From Firmicutes bacterium UBA5509 (GTDB lineage Bacteria; Bacillota; Proteinivoracia; UBA4975): DNA of 64,000 bases. Every line of letters starts with the position of its first letter. Position 1 is the stretch's first letter. Shown one piece after another: positions 25,934-32,897 of this stretch. Both the position numbers and the translations under genes were made by a program. The DNA lies in NCBI GenBank assembly GCA_002423965.1, contig DIOR01000027.1, positions 117,958 through 181,957 on the forward strand. The letters run 5' to 3'. The notes under the pieces are model-generated. The model searched no databases. It saw only the letters and a program-made list of their open reading frames with translations, and had not been told where the DNA came from.

Positions 25934-27208
25934 TTAGAGCTGTGGCGTCAAGTTTTTCAAGCCGTTCATATATGGCCATAGGACTTCGGGAATGTTGACA
26001 CTGCCATCTTCCTGCTGATGGTTCTCTAGCAGGGGAATGAGGATTCGGGGCGAGGCTATTCCGGTATTGTTCAAGGTATAGCAGAATTTTGACTTGCCAT
26101 CGCTGTCCCGGTACTTAATGTTCAGTCTCCTGCTCTGATAGTCATTTAATGTAGAACAAGAGTGGGTTTCGCAGTAAGCATCACGACTGGGCATCCAGGT
26201 TTCAACTTCATGTTTTAGCACCTGTCCCGCACCAATCTCACCGCTGCAGGCAAGGGCCACCCGATAAGGGAGCTGGAGCTGCTGCAAAATTTCTTCTACA
26301 TTTTGCAGCAATTCATTGTGGAGTGTGGCGGCAATCTCAGCATCTGCAGGACAGAAAACTACCTGCTCAACTTTCTGAAACTGATGAACCCGATAGAGAC
26401 CTCGGGTATCCTTGCCGTAAGTTCCTGCCTCCCGCCGGAAACAGGTGGAAAGGGCTGTGTACCGCAGGGGCAAATCCCGGTAGGACAAGATCTCATCCAT
26501 ATGGTAGGCCACCATAGGTACCTCAGAGGTTCCCACCAGGTACAGTTCGTCTTCCGGAACGGTGTAGGCCTGATCCCGACCAAGGGGGAAATATCCCGTG
26601 CCCATCATCGCCCGCTCCCGGACCAGCACTGGCACTGTCAGCAAATTAAATCCCCGGGCCATAAGCGTATCAATGACGAATCTAGTCACGGCCATCTCCA
26701 GTAAGGCCCCAGAGTTTTTCAGGATAAAGGAACGGCTGCCGGCAATATCTACCGCCCGGGGGACATCGACTATGTCCAGGGCCTCCGCCAATTCCAGATG
26801 ATCTTTAAAAGGAAAGGCAAACTTCGGGACCTCTCCCACCCGACGCAGCTCCACATTATCTGCCTCACCTTTGCCAATGGGGACTTCCGGCAGGGGAATA
26901 CTAGGCACCAGCAGCATCAATTCATCATATTCTTCCTTTACCACTGCCATCCTGCCTTCAGTGTCACTGATATTATCTTTCAAAACCCGAACCCGATTAA
27001 TCCCCTCTTGTTTTGCTTCCCCTTTTAGGTTGGGAATTTCCCGGGAAAGGCTGTTGCGCTCTTCCCGCATGGAATCCGCCTGGGAAGTCAAAGCTTTTAC
27101 CTCCCCATAGACTGCCAGCAGCCTGTCAACGTCCACCTCCATGTTCTTGTCCCGGGCAGCCTTCTTGACCACTTCGGGATACTCCACAATAAATTTGATA
27201 TCCAGCAT
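25934..27208 (-). CDS. serS: seryl-tRNA synthetase
   Basis: 424 aa with an N-terminal coiled-coil tRNA-binding arm and class II aaRS core motifs (FRREAGTYGKDTRGLYRVHQFQKVE). Confidence 0.95.
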   Translation of the reverse strand: MLDIKFIVEYPEVVKKAARDKNMEVDVDRLLAVYGEVKALTSQADSMREERNSLSREIPNLKGEAKQEGINRVRVLKDNISDTEGRMAVVKEEYDELMLLVPSIPLPEVPIGKGEADNVELRRVGEVPKFAFPFKDHLELAEALDIVDVPRAVDIAGSRSFILKNSGALLEMAVTRFVIDTLMARGFNLLTVPVLVRERAMMGTGYFPLGRDQAYTVPEDELYLVGTSEVPMVAYHMDEILSYRDLPLRYTALSTCFRREAGTYGKDTRGLYRVHQFQKVEQVVFCPADAEIAATLHNELLQNVEEILQQLQLPYRVALACSGEIGAGQVLKHEVETWMPSRDAYCETHSCSTLNDYQSRRLNIKYRDSDGKSKFCYTLNNTGIASPRILIPLLENHQQEDGSVNIPEVLWPYMNGLKNLTPQL

Positions 27209-27211
27209 AAC

Positions 27212-27430
27212 TACACCTCCATATAATTAAAAAACCCGCCCCTATAGGGACGAGCTGTATGCCCGCGGTACCACCCAAATTAACCGAAACCGGTTCACTT
27301 GTATGTGCCTTAACCCAGCACTGGGTCCGACTCATCGCCGAATATCTCCGGGGCGGAATTCACAAAATTCCCTGGCTGGTTTCCACCTGCCGCCAGCTCT
27401 CTGGACAGGTAATTCTTGCTACTCTTCCCC
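27212..27430 (-). ncRNA. T-box riboswitch leader of serS
   Basis: The conserved T-box AATTTGGGTGGTACCGCGG maps to plus-strand 27264-27276 as cgcggtaccaccc. An upstream AGAGAG...GGTGGAAA stem I and a downstream terminator hairpin GTCCCTATAGGGGCGGG plus TTTTTT sit immediately before the serS RBS. Confidence 0.8.
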
Positions 27431-27487
27431 TTCATAGATAAATATTGACTTGCCCATATTCTACCCTATACTACCCTATGAATGCAA

Positions 27488-27522
27488 GAATAAAAAATAT
27501 CGCCCCAACAAACAGGGGCGAG
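27488..27522. terminator. rho-independent terminator ending the tasA-like/sipW/LPXTG operon
   Basis: CGCCCC-tgtttgtt-GGGGCG hairpin followed by ATATTTTTTATT on the minus strand. Confidence 0.55.
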
Positions 27523-27525
27523 CTC

Positions 27526-28152
27526 TTATTTATTTTGTTGCTCTTTTTTTGCAAGTCCCAAAAGCATCAAACCAAGCACAAGCAGGATCAAGCCCACAGG
27601 CAGAAGCCAGCTAATCTTTGTGCCCGTTACCGGCAGTTTTCCCCCAGGAGTCTCCTCCCCTGAACTAACAATTTGGTAAAGGTCAAAGCTGATTTTGACA
27701 GTCATATCCTGCATGTCATTGCCAGCATCTGTCGGTAGGGATACCAACATCTGCAATGAGTTTGTAGAACCTGCTGAAAAAGAACCTAAGCTAATTTCTT
27801 GTAGGCCGCTGAGGGGTCCGGAATACTTTTCCTCTTCCCCCATGATTACAATAAAGAACTCTTCATATAGCGGCCCGTCACCTTCCTCAACAGCGACGCC
27901 TATAGCCAAGCTATAAAATTGGTTGCTTTCGTTATCAATCTCTAGGTCAATCACGGTGTAATCACCGGGAGCCATGTTCGTAAAAACATAGTCAGGTTCC
28001 CCGCTGATTATCCGGATTCCAGAATCGTCTGCTAAAACCTTATAGCCAGCTATGCCCGTAATAGGAGCCCATGGCAATAAACTCAACGCTATTAACAGGA
28101 AGGCAAACAGCAATAATAAGTATCCTGTTACTCTCTTAGGGATATCGGTCAC
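27526..28152 (-). CDS. LPXTG-motif cell-wall-anchored surface protein (sortase substrate)
   Basis: N-terminal signal/TM segment. The C-terminal LPVTG is followed by a hydrophobic stretch and a basic tail (KKEQQNK), the canonical sorting signal. Confidence 0.7.
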   Translation of the reverse strand: MTDIPKRVTGYLLLLFAFLLIALSLLPWAPITGIAGYKVLADDSGIRIISGEPDYVFTNMAPGDYTVIDLEIDNESNQFYSLAIGVAVEEGDGPLYEEFFIVIMGEEEKYSGPLSGLQEISLGSFSAGSTNSLQMLVSLPTDAGNDMQDMTVKISFDLYQIVSSGEETPGGKLPVTGTKISWLLPVGLILLVLGLMLLGLAKKEQQNK

Positions 28153-28164
28153 CCCTAACGATAT

Positions 28165-28785
28165 TTAATTTTGCATTACGCTTTTTGCCTTCTTCTCCTT
28201 GTCCAGCTGAAGGGCATAGGACCAAAGTTCTCTTCCCTCAAGGATAAGGATAGCCAGCGCTGGAATAATTATCAGTGTCAGTAGTCCCTGCTTAGTCTGG
28301 CAGAACGCCAGCAGCCAACCTAAGAACGGTATAGAAAATTGAACTGTGCCGATAACTTGGTTGGCTGAAACTGCGCCTGAATCAGCCACAGGGTTGGCAT
28401 CGCCCTTGGTAATAAAGCTGAGGCCATTTTCAAGGTCAATGCCCACAATACGATGGGAAATTAACCTACCACCATGGCCATTAAAGGCAATAATATTGCC
28501 CCCCTGCAAATTAGCGGGATCCACCTGCTTTACAACAACTAGGCTGCCGGTGTCAAAGGCAGGATTCATACTGCCGCTGAGCACTGTGTACAATTGATAC
28601 CCCGCAAATTTGGCCTGACCGCCGTTAAGCTTGCTCTGAACTAATATAAAGAGCATGCTGGCGATGAGAATTATCAGGGACACAAAGAATACATTGCCCA
28701 CAGCTTTTGCTGCCCTGTGAAAATTCTCTTTACGGTTATGACTACGCCGTGCCCGGAAAAGAGCCTTGCGCGATTGCCTGGTCAT
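28165..28785 (-). CDS. sipW: signal peptidase I, SipW-type (archaeal/ER-like)
   Basis: SGSMNP catalytic Ser box and LISHRIVG His box. N-terminal TM and a C-terminal second TM, as in SipW. Confidence 0.8.
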   Translation of the reverse strand: MTRQSRKALFRARRSHNRKENFHRAAKAVGNVFFVSLIILIASMLFILVQSKLNGGQAKFAGYQLYTVLSGSMNPAFDTGSLVVVKQVDPANLQGGNIIAFNGHGGRLISHRIVGIDLENGLSFITKGDANPVADSGAVSANQVIGTVQFSIPFLGWLLAFCQTKQGLLTLIIIPALAILILEGRELWSYALQLDKEKKAKSVMQN

Positions 28786-28804
28786 AACTTAAAATGCCCC
28801 GCAA

Positions 28805-29332
28805 TTAATTCCAGTTAATTGGGTTTCCATCAACGTCAATGTTATTCTTTACCTGGACAGCTTGTACAACTAAAGAACCAGAAAAGGATTCTCCCTTATA
28901 TTCGTTCCCGGCTGTGCCAGGCAGTTCAAAGGAAACAGAAATTACTTCAGATGCTCCGCCAGAGAGTTTCATGGTGGAATCAAAGATGTATCCGGTACCA
29001 AGATCTTCTAGGGCACCCTTGTCAACACCATCAATCCAAAGATGTAATACTTGCCCCAGAGTTCCCGAACCGGAGTTTACAAAGGAAATCCGATAAAACA
29101 GCTCAAGGCTGCCAGTATTTCGAATAGTTATGTTTTCTGCTACAGTCTTATCTCCTGGTGCCATGTCCGAAATAGTTACCAAACTAGGTTGTAAATCCGC
29201 CAAATCTAAAGTACCTGCAGTAAAAGTAGCATTTGTGCTGGCCTCAGCGGAAAACCATGCAGAAATAGCCCCCCCTAATAATGCGGCCGCCAAAGCAATA
29301 ACCAACATACTTACGACAATTTTCTTTCTCAC
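28805..29332 (-). CDS. TasA/camelysin-family secreted protein with SipW-cognate signal peptide (start trimmed to GTG about 29332)
   Basis: N-terminus KKIVVSMLVIALAAALLGGAISAWFSAEAS fits the SipW-dependent signal peptide pattern. GGGAGGT sits 6 nt before the GTG. Beta-rich body of about 150 aa. Confidence 0.7.
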   Translation of the reverse strand: MRKKIVVSMLVIALAAALLGGAISAWFSAEASTNATFTAGTLDLADLQPSLVTISDMAPGDKTVAENITIRNTGSLELFYRISFVNSGSGTLGQVLHLWIDGVDKGALEDLGTGYIFDSTMKLSGGASEVISVSFELPGTAGNEYKGESFSGSLVVQAVQVKNNIDVDGNPINWN

Positions 29333-29569
29333 AAAATAACCTCCCAATTTTTCGCTAAACCTGCTGACATAAAAGGATCACCAAAACACCCCCATAGTGT
29401 TTTGGGAACCATTAGCAGATTCTAATTCGGAGTGTAAGTCTAAATCCTCTCGCTGTCAAGATACGGTCTCAACTGACTCCGAAATGTAATATTGCCTTAT
29501 AACTGTGCACGGATTTCCCAGTATCATGACGGGGCAAGAATCTAATACTAACCAAAGGAGGGATTGAAT

Positions 29570-29716
29570 TTGAAGATACCAAATCTCAAAGGGATGATAC
29601 CCAGCAGCAAGAAGAGAATGGGCACCCCCGTCAAAGTACTATTGGTGGCCCTGCCGGTAATTGCCTTTGTGGCGGGAACACTCCTGGGAAGCAACAAAGA
29701 AGATGAAGGTTGGTAA
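29570..29716 (+). CDS. possible small (48 aa) single-TM membrane protein, TTG start
   Basis: AAAGGAGGG RBS 8 nt before the TTG. ORF MKIPNLKGMIPSSKKRMGTPVKVLLVALPVIAFVAGTLLGSNKEDEGW, followed by a strong terminator. Below the 60-aa cutoff of the ORF track. Confidence 0.3.
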   Translation: MKIPNLKGMIPSSKKRMGTPVKVLLVALPVIAFVAGTLLGSNKEDEGW

Positions 29717-29736
29717 TCCCCTCCTGGGGACAAATA

Positions 29737-29776
29737 AGAGGGTGCTACAGCTCTACTTAGCTTAGCACCCTCTTAT
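29737..29776. terminator. bidirectional rho-independent terminator
   Basis: GGGTGCTA...TAGCACCC hairpin followed by TCTTATTTTTTAAT. Confidence 0.55.
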
Positions 29777-29779
29777 TTT

Positions 29780-30223
29780 TTAATCTTTTTTCTTAGAATA
29801 AAGACGTAAAACCTTATCCATCGTTTCCAAAAGGTATGGAGCCAGCTCTAAAGTCTTCTTATAGATTTCATCCACCATATCCAAGACATATTCATGGGCA
29901 ATGTCATTGCGTAAGTACCGGATTTCTTTAAAAGTATCTGCGGAGATCAGCCCCCGCCGCTCTGCCCGGTTAATTCTATCAATGGCGGTCCCAGGCAGCT
30001 CCAATTCCATATTGTCCAAGGTTCGAAATATCTTTTGAATTAAAATATCGCTGGTCCTGGCAAAGCGACCCGTTAAGGCCTCGAATTTGTCCAGCTCCTC
30101 AAAGGTATAGTCCTCCTTGATGCCAATCTTACTGCAAACATCAAGGGAGTATTCAAGTATCTCCCCAGCTTCCCGGAGCTGCTTTAGTTCCAACTCCAGT
30201 AATTCCTTTAGTTTGTTGCTCAT
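29780..30223 (-). CDS. HEPN-domain protein (toxin-like partner of MNT), start at internal Met
   Basis: The Rx4HxY-type motif RNDIAHEY lies near the C-terminus. MSNKLKEL starts exactly where the MNT gene stops (ATGA overlap). The upstream extension of the listed ORF runs antisense into the MNT gene. Confidence 0.65.
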   Translation of the reverse strand: MSNKLKELLELELKQLREAGEILEYSLDVCSKIGIKEDYTFEELDKFEALTGRFARTSDILIQKIFRTLDNMELELPGTAIDRINRAERRGLISADTFKEIRYLRNDIAHEYVLDMVDEIYKKTLELAPYLLETMDKVLRLYSKKKD

Positions 30224-30501
30224 AGCAGTACTCCCTCCTTTAATGCTATGCTGACGAAGGGGTGAGAATCGTCTTTTGCCACGATAATATCTATTTTTTG
30301 TTCGCCAATGCGTTCCCAGAGGGCATATTTTAGTTTCCAAACTTCATCTCGAGTCAGTTGCTGGCTCATAACCAAGAGGTCAATATCCCCACCTGTTAAA
30401 TCATCATAGGCCCGGGAGCCAAAGAGATAAATCTGGGCATGTTCATCCCTGGCTCCAATTACTTCTTTAATTGCCTCAACTTCTCTTTGGGTTAAACGCA
30501 T
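30220..30501 (-). CDS. minimal nucleotidyltransferase (MNT, Pol-beta superfamily), antitoxin-like partner of HEPN
   Basis: LFGSRAYDDLTGGDIDLLV is the G[SG]-x9-13-DxD nucleotidyltransferase motif. The start is placed at internal MRLTQREV with a GGGGGG RBS. The N-terminal extension of the listed ORF overlaps the upstream gene. Confidence 0.7.
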   Translation of the reverse strand: MRLTQREVEAIKEVIGARDEHAQIYLFGSRAYDDLTGGDIDLLVMSQQLTRDEVWKLKYALWERIGEQKIDIIVAKDDSHPFVSIALKEGVLL

Positions 30502-30583
30502 AGGAAACCCCCCTTCAGCTTTTATTCTATCATGGAGGTTCAGCTGGAGCAAAATCCTGACAAAGGTCAGGGGTATTTGCATG

Positions 30584-31198
30584 TCAGCGCCGGGTTTTGC
30601 GCCAAAACAAGACAAATAGCGGTATAAACACAATGACCAAGATAACGGCTATTTTGGTAATAGCACCAAGCCCAGCCTCAGTATAAATCAACTCCGTCCC
30701 ACCACTTCCCCGATTGCTGGCCCCTGGACTGGGTTCTGAGAGGTGATGCCATTCTTTCCCACCGTCAGGATTGCGGCCAAAGCTCTTGCCAGGGCGACTG
30801 GTCACTGGTTTTACACTATCTACTACGTTTCCCTGGGGGCCAGATAGTATCAGAGGTTCTCCCTCCTGCTTTAGGCTGAAGTTTGTATGCAATTCTCCTT
30901 GGGTCCTATCCTTACCTGAAGCCCAGACAATTAGAAATTCACCGGGTGCAAAGTCTACCTCAGGGAATCTCCATTTAAGAGGCTCATCCTCATCATCGGA
31001 AAGATAGTAATCTGCGAGATTTATCCTCTTACTTCCCGCGTTGTACAGCTCAAACCAATCCTCATAGTCCCCATCAGAATCCGCGACATTATTTTCATTA
31101 GTGGCAGCCACCTCATTGATATACACATTTATACGGGAGGTACATGCCGAAAGTAATAACACCAATACCAGCATACTGCAAAGAATTATCTTTTTCAT
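30584..31198 (-). CDS. lamin-tail-domain (LTD) lipoprotein with C-terminal TM anchor
   Basis: The internal start MKKIILCSMLVLVLLLSAC carries a lipobox. The LTD signature is INVYINEV...DYEDWFELYN...LADYYLSD. C-terminal hydrophobic helix and basic tail. Confidence 0.7.
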   Translation of the reverse strand: MKKIILCSMLVLVLLLSACTSRINVYINEVAATNENNVADSDGDYEDWFELYNAGSKRINLADYYLSDDEDEPLKWRFPEVDFAPGEFLIVWASGKDRTQGELHTNFSLKQEGEPLILSGPQGNVVDSVKPVTSRPGKSFGRNPDGGKEWHHLSEPSPGASNRGSGGTELIYTEAGLGAITKIAVILVIVFIPLFVLFWRKTRR

Positions 31199-31950
31199 TA
31201 CGCATAACTCCAGATTGGGGTAACCACATCGGGACAGGCTAACTCTATACCTTGGCAAAACTTACTATTGGCAGTAAACTTCAGGCCACAGCTCAAGATG
31301 AGATTTGCCAACCAAGCTGGTCGCTGGTCACGGCACTTTATCTCCAGGATAATCTCATTGGCATAGTGCTTGCGAAACCAAGGGGTGCTGGGGTAAAGGC
31401 TGTCACTGGCAGCACTATGGACCCAGTGGTCAAATGTGACCCTATACCCGCTCTTGTCCCGTGGCGTATAGCCTTCCCGGCGGTATTCCACCAGTATTTT
31501 GGGTTCTAGGTTGCGGACGATTGCCAAGCGCTCAAACTCACTGAGCACAGGATGCTCGGTGTTGGGCCAATGCCTACGCCGAATGAACTCCTCGCATTCA
31601 GCGGCTACCACGAAAGTAGCGTACTTCACCATAGTATTCCCCCGCCGGGTTTTCATCTCAACCCGGACTGGGGCTGCCTCATTGACATTGTCAGTATAGG
31701 TGCGGAGGCGAAATTTAATCCGCCCAAAATCCCCGTTTATCTTCTCCCGATATGACAAATAATCTGGAGAATCGTAGTAAAGGCTGCGAACCAAGTATTT
31801 TCTACCTGGTGCCCTTAGAGAATAAGAGTCCATCTTCATGTGGGGCACCAAGGCAAGTTTCACTTGGTTGTACTGCCACATATTTATCCGATACTTTAGT
31901 TCATACCGCCAAAGATTTTCTGGTGCATAGTTCATATTCTTATCCTCCAC
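31198..31950 (-). CDS. VTC-domain (CYTH-like triphosphate-tunnel / polyphosphate-polymerase-like) protein
   Basis: 250 aa with YELKYRI...RIKFRLRTY...EIKC. The alternating charged beta-strand pattern matches bacterial VTC domain proteins. Confidence 0.6.
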   Translation of the reverse strand: MEDKNMNYAPENLWRYELKYRINMWQYNQVKLALVPHMKMDSYSLRAPGRKYLVRSLYYDSPDYLSYREKINGDFGRIKFRLRTYTDNVNEAAPVRVEMKTRRGNTMVKYATFVVAAECEEFIRRRHWPNTEHPVLSEFERLAIVRNLEPKILVEYRREGYTPRDKSGYRVTFDHWVHSAASDSLYPSTPWFRKHYANEIILEIKCRDQRPAWLANLILSCGLKFTANSKFCQGIELACPDVVTPIWSYA

Positions 31951-31952
31951 AA

Positions 31953-32642
31953 CTACATCGGCAAGGCAAGTTGCGGTGCCAGTAGGGATACCTGTTCAAC
32001 ACCCTTTATACCCCTTATACCTGCAAGCATTTCCTCAATCTTATCTGCCGCAGGACTGACGAAGCTGAGTTCCAGTACCAATTCCCAGGTCTTACCCTGG
32101 TATTCCCTGGATCTCACCCTGTACGTACGGGCATAAGATTGAACTATGTCTTTAAAGTTGCCAAATTCAATGTTCCCGTCCCCGCTAAGGACCAAGACAT
32201 AATCGCTGTGTTTTACCCGGTCATATTCCAGCAGGTAGAGGAGGACAACGCAAATCCCGATAAAAAGAGTTCCAACCCCCACTGCCAGCCAGTTATAGGT
32301 TCCAGCTCCCAGCCCGATTGCGATAGACCAAAACAAGAAAATCATATCCCGGGTATCCTTAATAGGTGTGCGAAAACGAACAATAGAAAGCGAACCTACT
32401 AATCCCAGGGATAGGACTAGGTCCCCCTGAATAAAGAACATCACCATGGTCACAATTGGAGCCATCAGGATTAGGCTAGATATGTATGAGTGCTCATAGT
32501 TTAACCCTCGATGAGTGCGTTTATAAAGAATTGATACCAACCAAGCCATTAGCGCCGAAATCGTCAAGGCTACTGCAAAATCCAAGGCAGTAATACCAGT
32601 ACCAGATGAACCAAATCTCAACCAGTTAAAAAGCCGTTCCAC
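31953..32642 (-). CDS. DUF4956-like membrane protein
   Basis: 229 aa with 4 TM helices, a SIVRFRTPIKDTRD motif and a soluble C-terminal domain. It sits immediately upstream of the VTC gene, as in conserved CotH-associated triads. Confidence 0.5.
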   Translation of the reverse strand: MERLFNWLRFGSSGTGITALDFAVALTISALMAWLVSILYKRTHRGLNYEHSYISSLILMAPIVTMVMFFIQGDLVLSLGLVGSLSIVRFRTPIKDTRDMIFLFWSIAIGLGAGTYNWLAVGVGTLFIGICVVLLYLLEYDRVKHSDYVLVLSGDGNIEFGNFKDIVQSYARTYRVRSREYQGKTWELVLELSFVSPAADKIEEMLAGIRGIKGVEQVSLLAPQLALPM

Positions 32643-32844
32643 AATACAACCCCCTTAAGTACATTCCATTACTAGTTCAACGTGTCCAGGCAATATTCCT
32701 TCCTGACAAACTATGCCGTGAGTTCCGTATACCGTAATATCTCTTAACCGATACATCCTTTCCCCACTTCAGCTGTAATGTCATAATATCTCTCAACTTA
32801 TTGTTGCAAAAATTGCTTCGTAAAAATAGCAAGATAGTTATAGA

Positions 32845-32878
32845 CTTACTAATAACAACCCAGTATGTTATTAGTAAG
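32845..32878. promoter_or_regulatory. perfect 12-bp inverted repeat in 5' UTR of surface-protein gene
   Basis: CTTACTAATAAC-N10-GTTATTAGTAAG ends about 5 nt before the AAAGGAG RBS of the 32898 gene. Confidence 0.4.
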
Positions 32879-32897
32879 ATAGAAAGGAGATATCGCT

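Noticed and set aside
29548-29733. 61-aa minus-strand ORF
   Set aside because: No RBS. It overlaps a plus-strand small ORF that has a near-perfect RBS and a downstream terminator. It is likely a shadow ORF.
30224-30340. N-terminal 39-codon extension of the listed 186-aa HEPN ORF
   Set aside because: It is antisense-overlapping the MNT gene and basic/low-complexity (RTKNRYYRGKRRFSPLRQH). The internal MSNKLKEL start coincides exactly with the MNT stop (ATGA), the normal TA architecture.
30502-30633. N-terminal 44-codon extension of the listed 137-aa MNT ORF
   Set aside because: It overlaps the 3' end of the LTD lipoprotein gene. The internal start MRLTQREV has a GGGGGG RBS.
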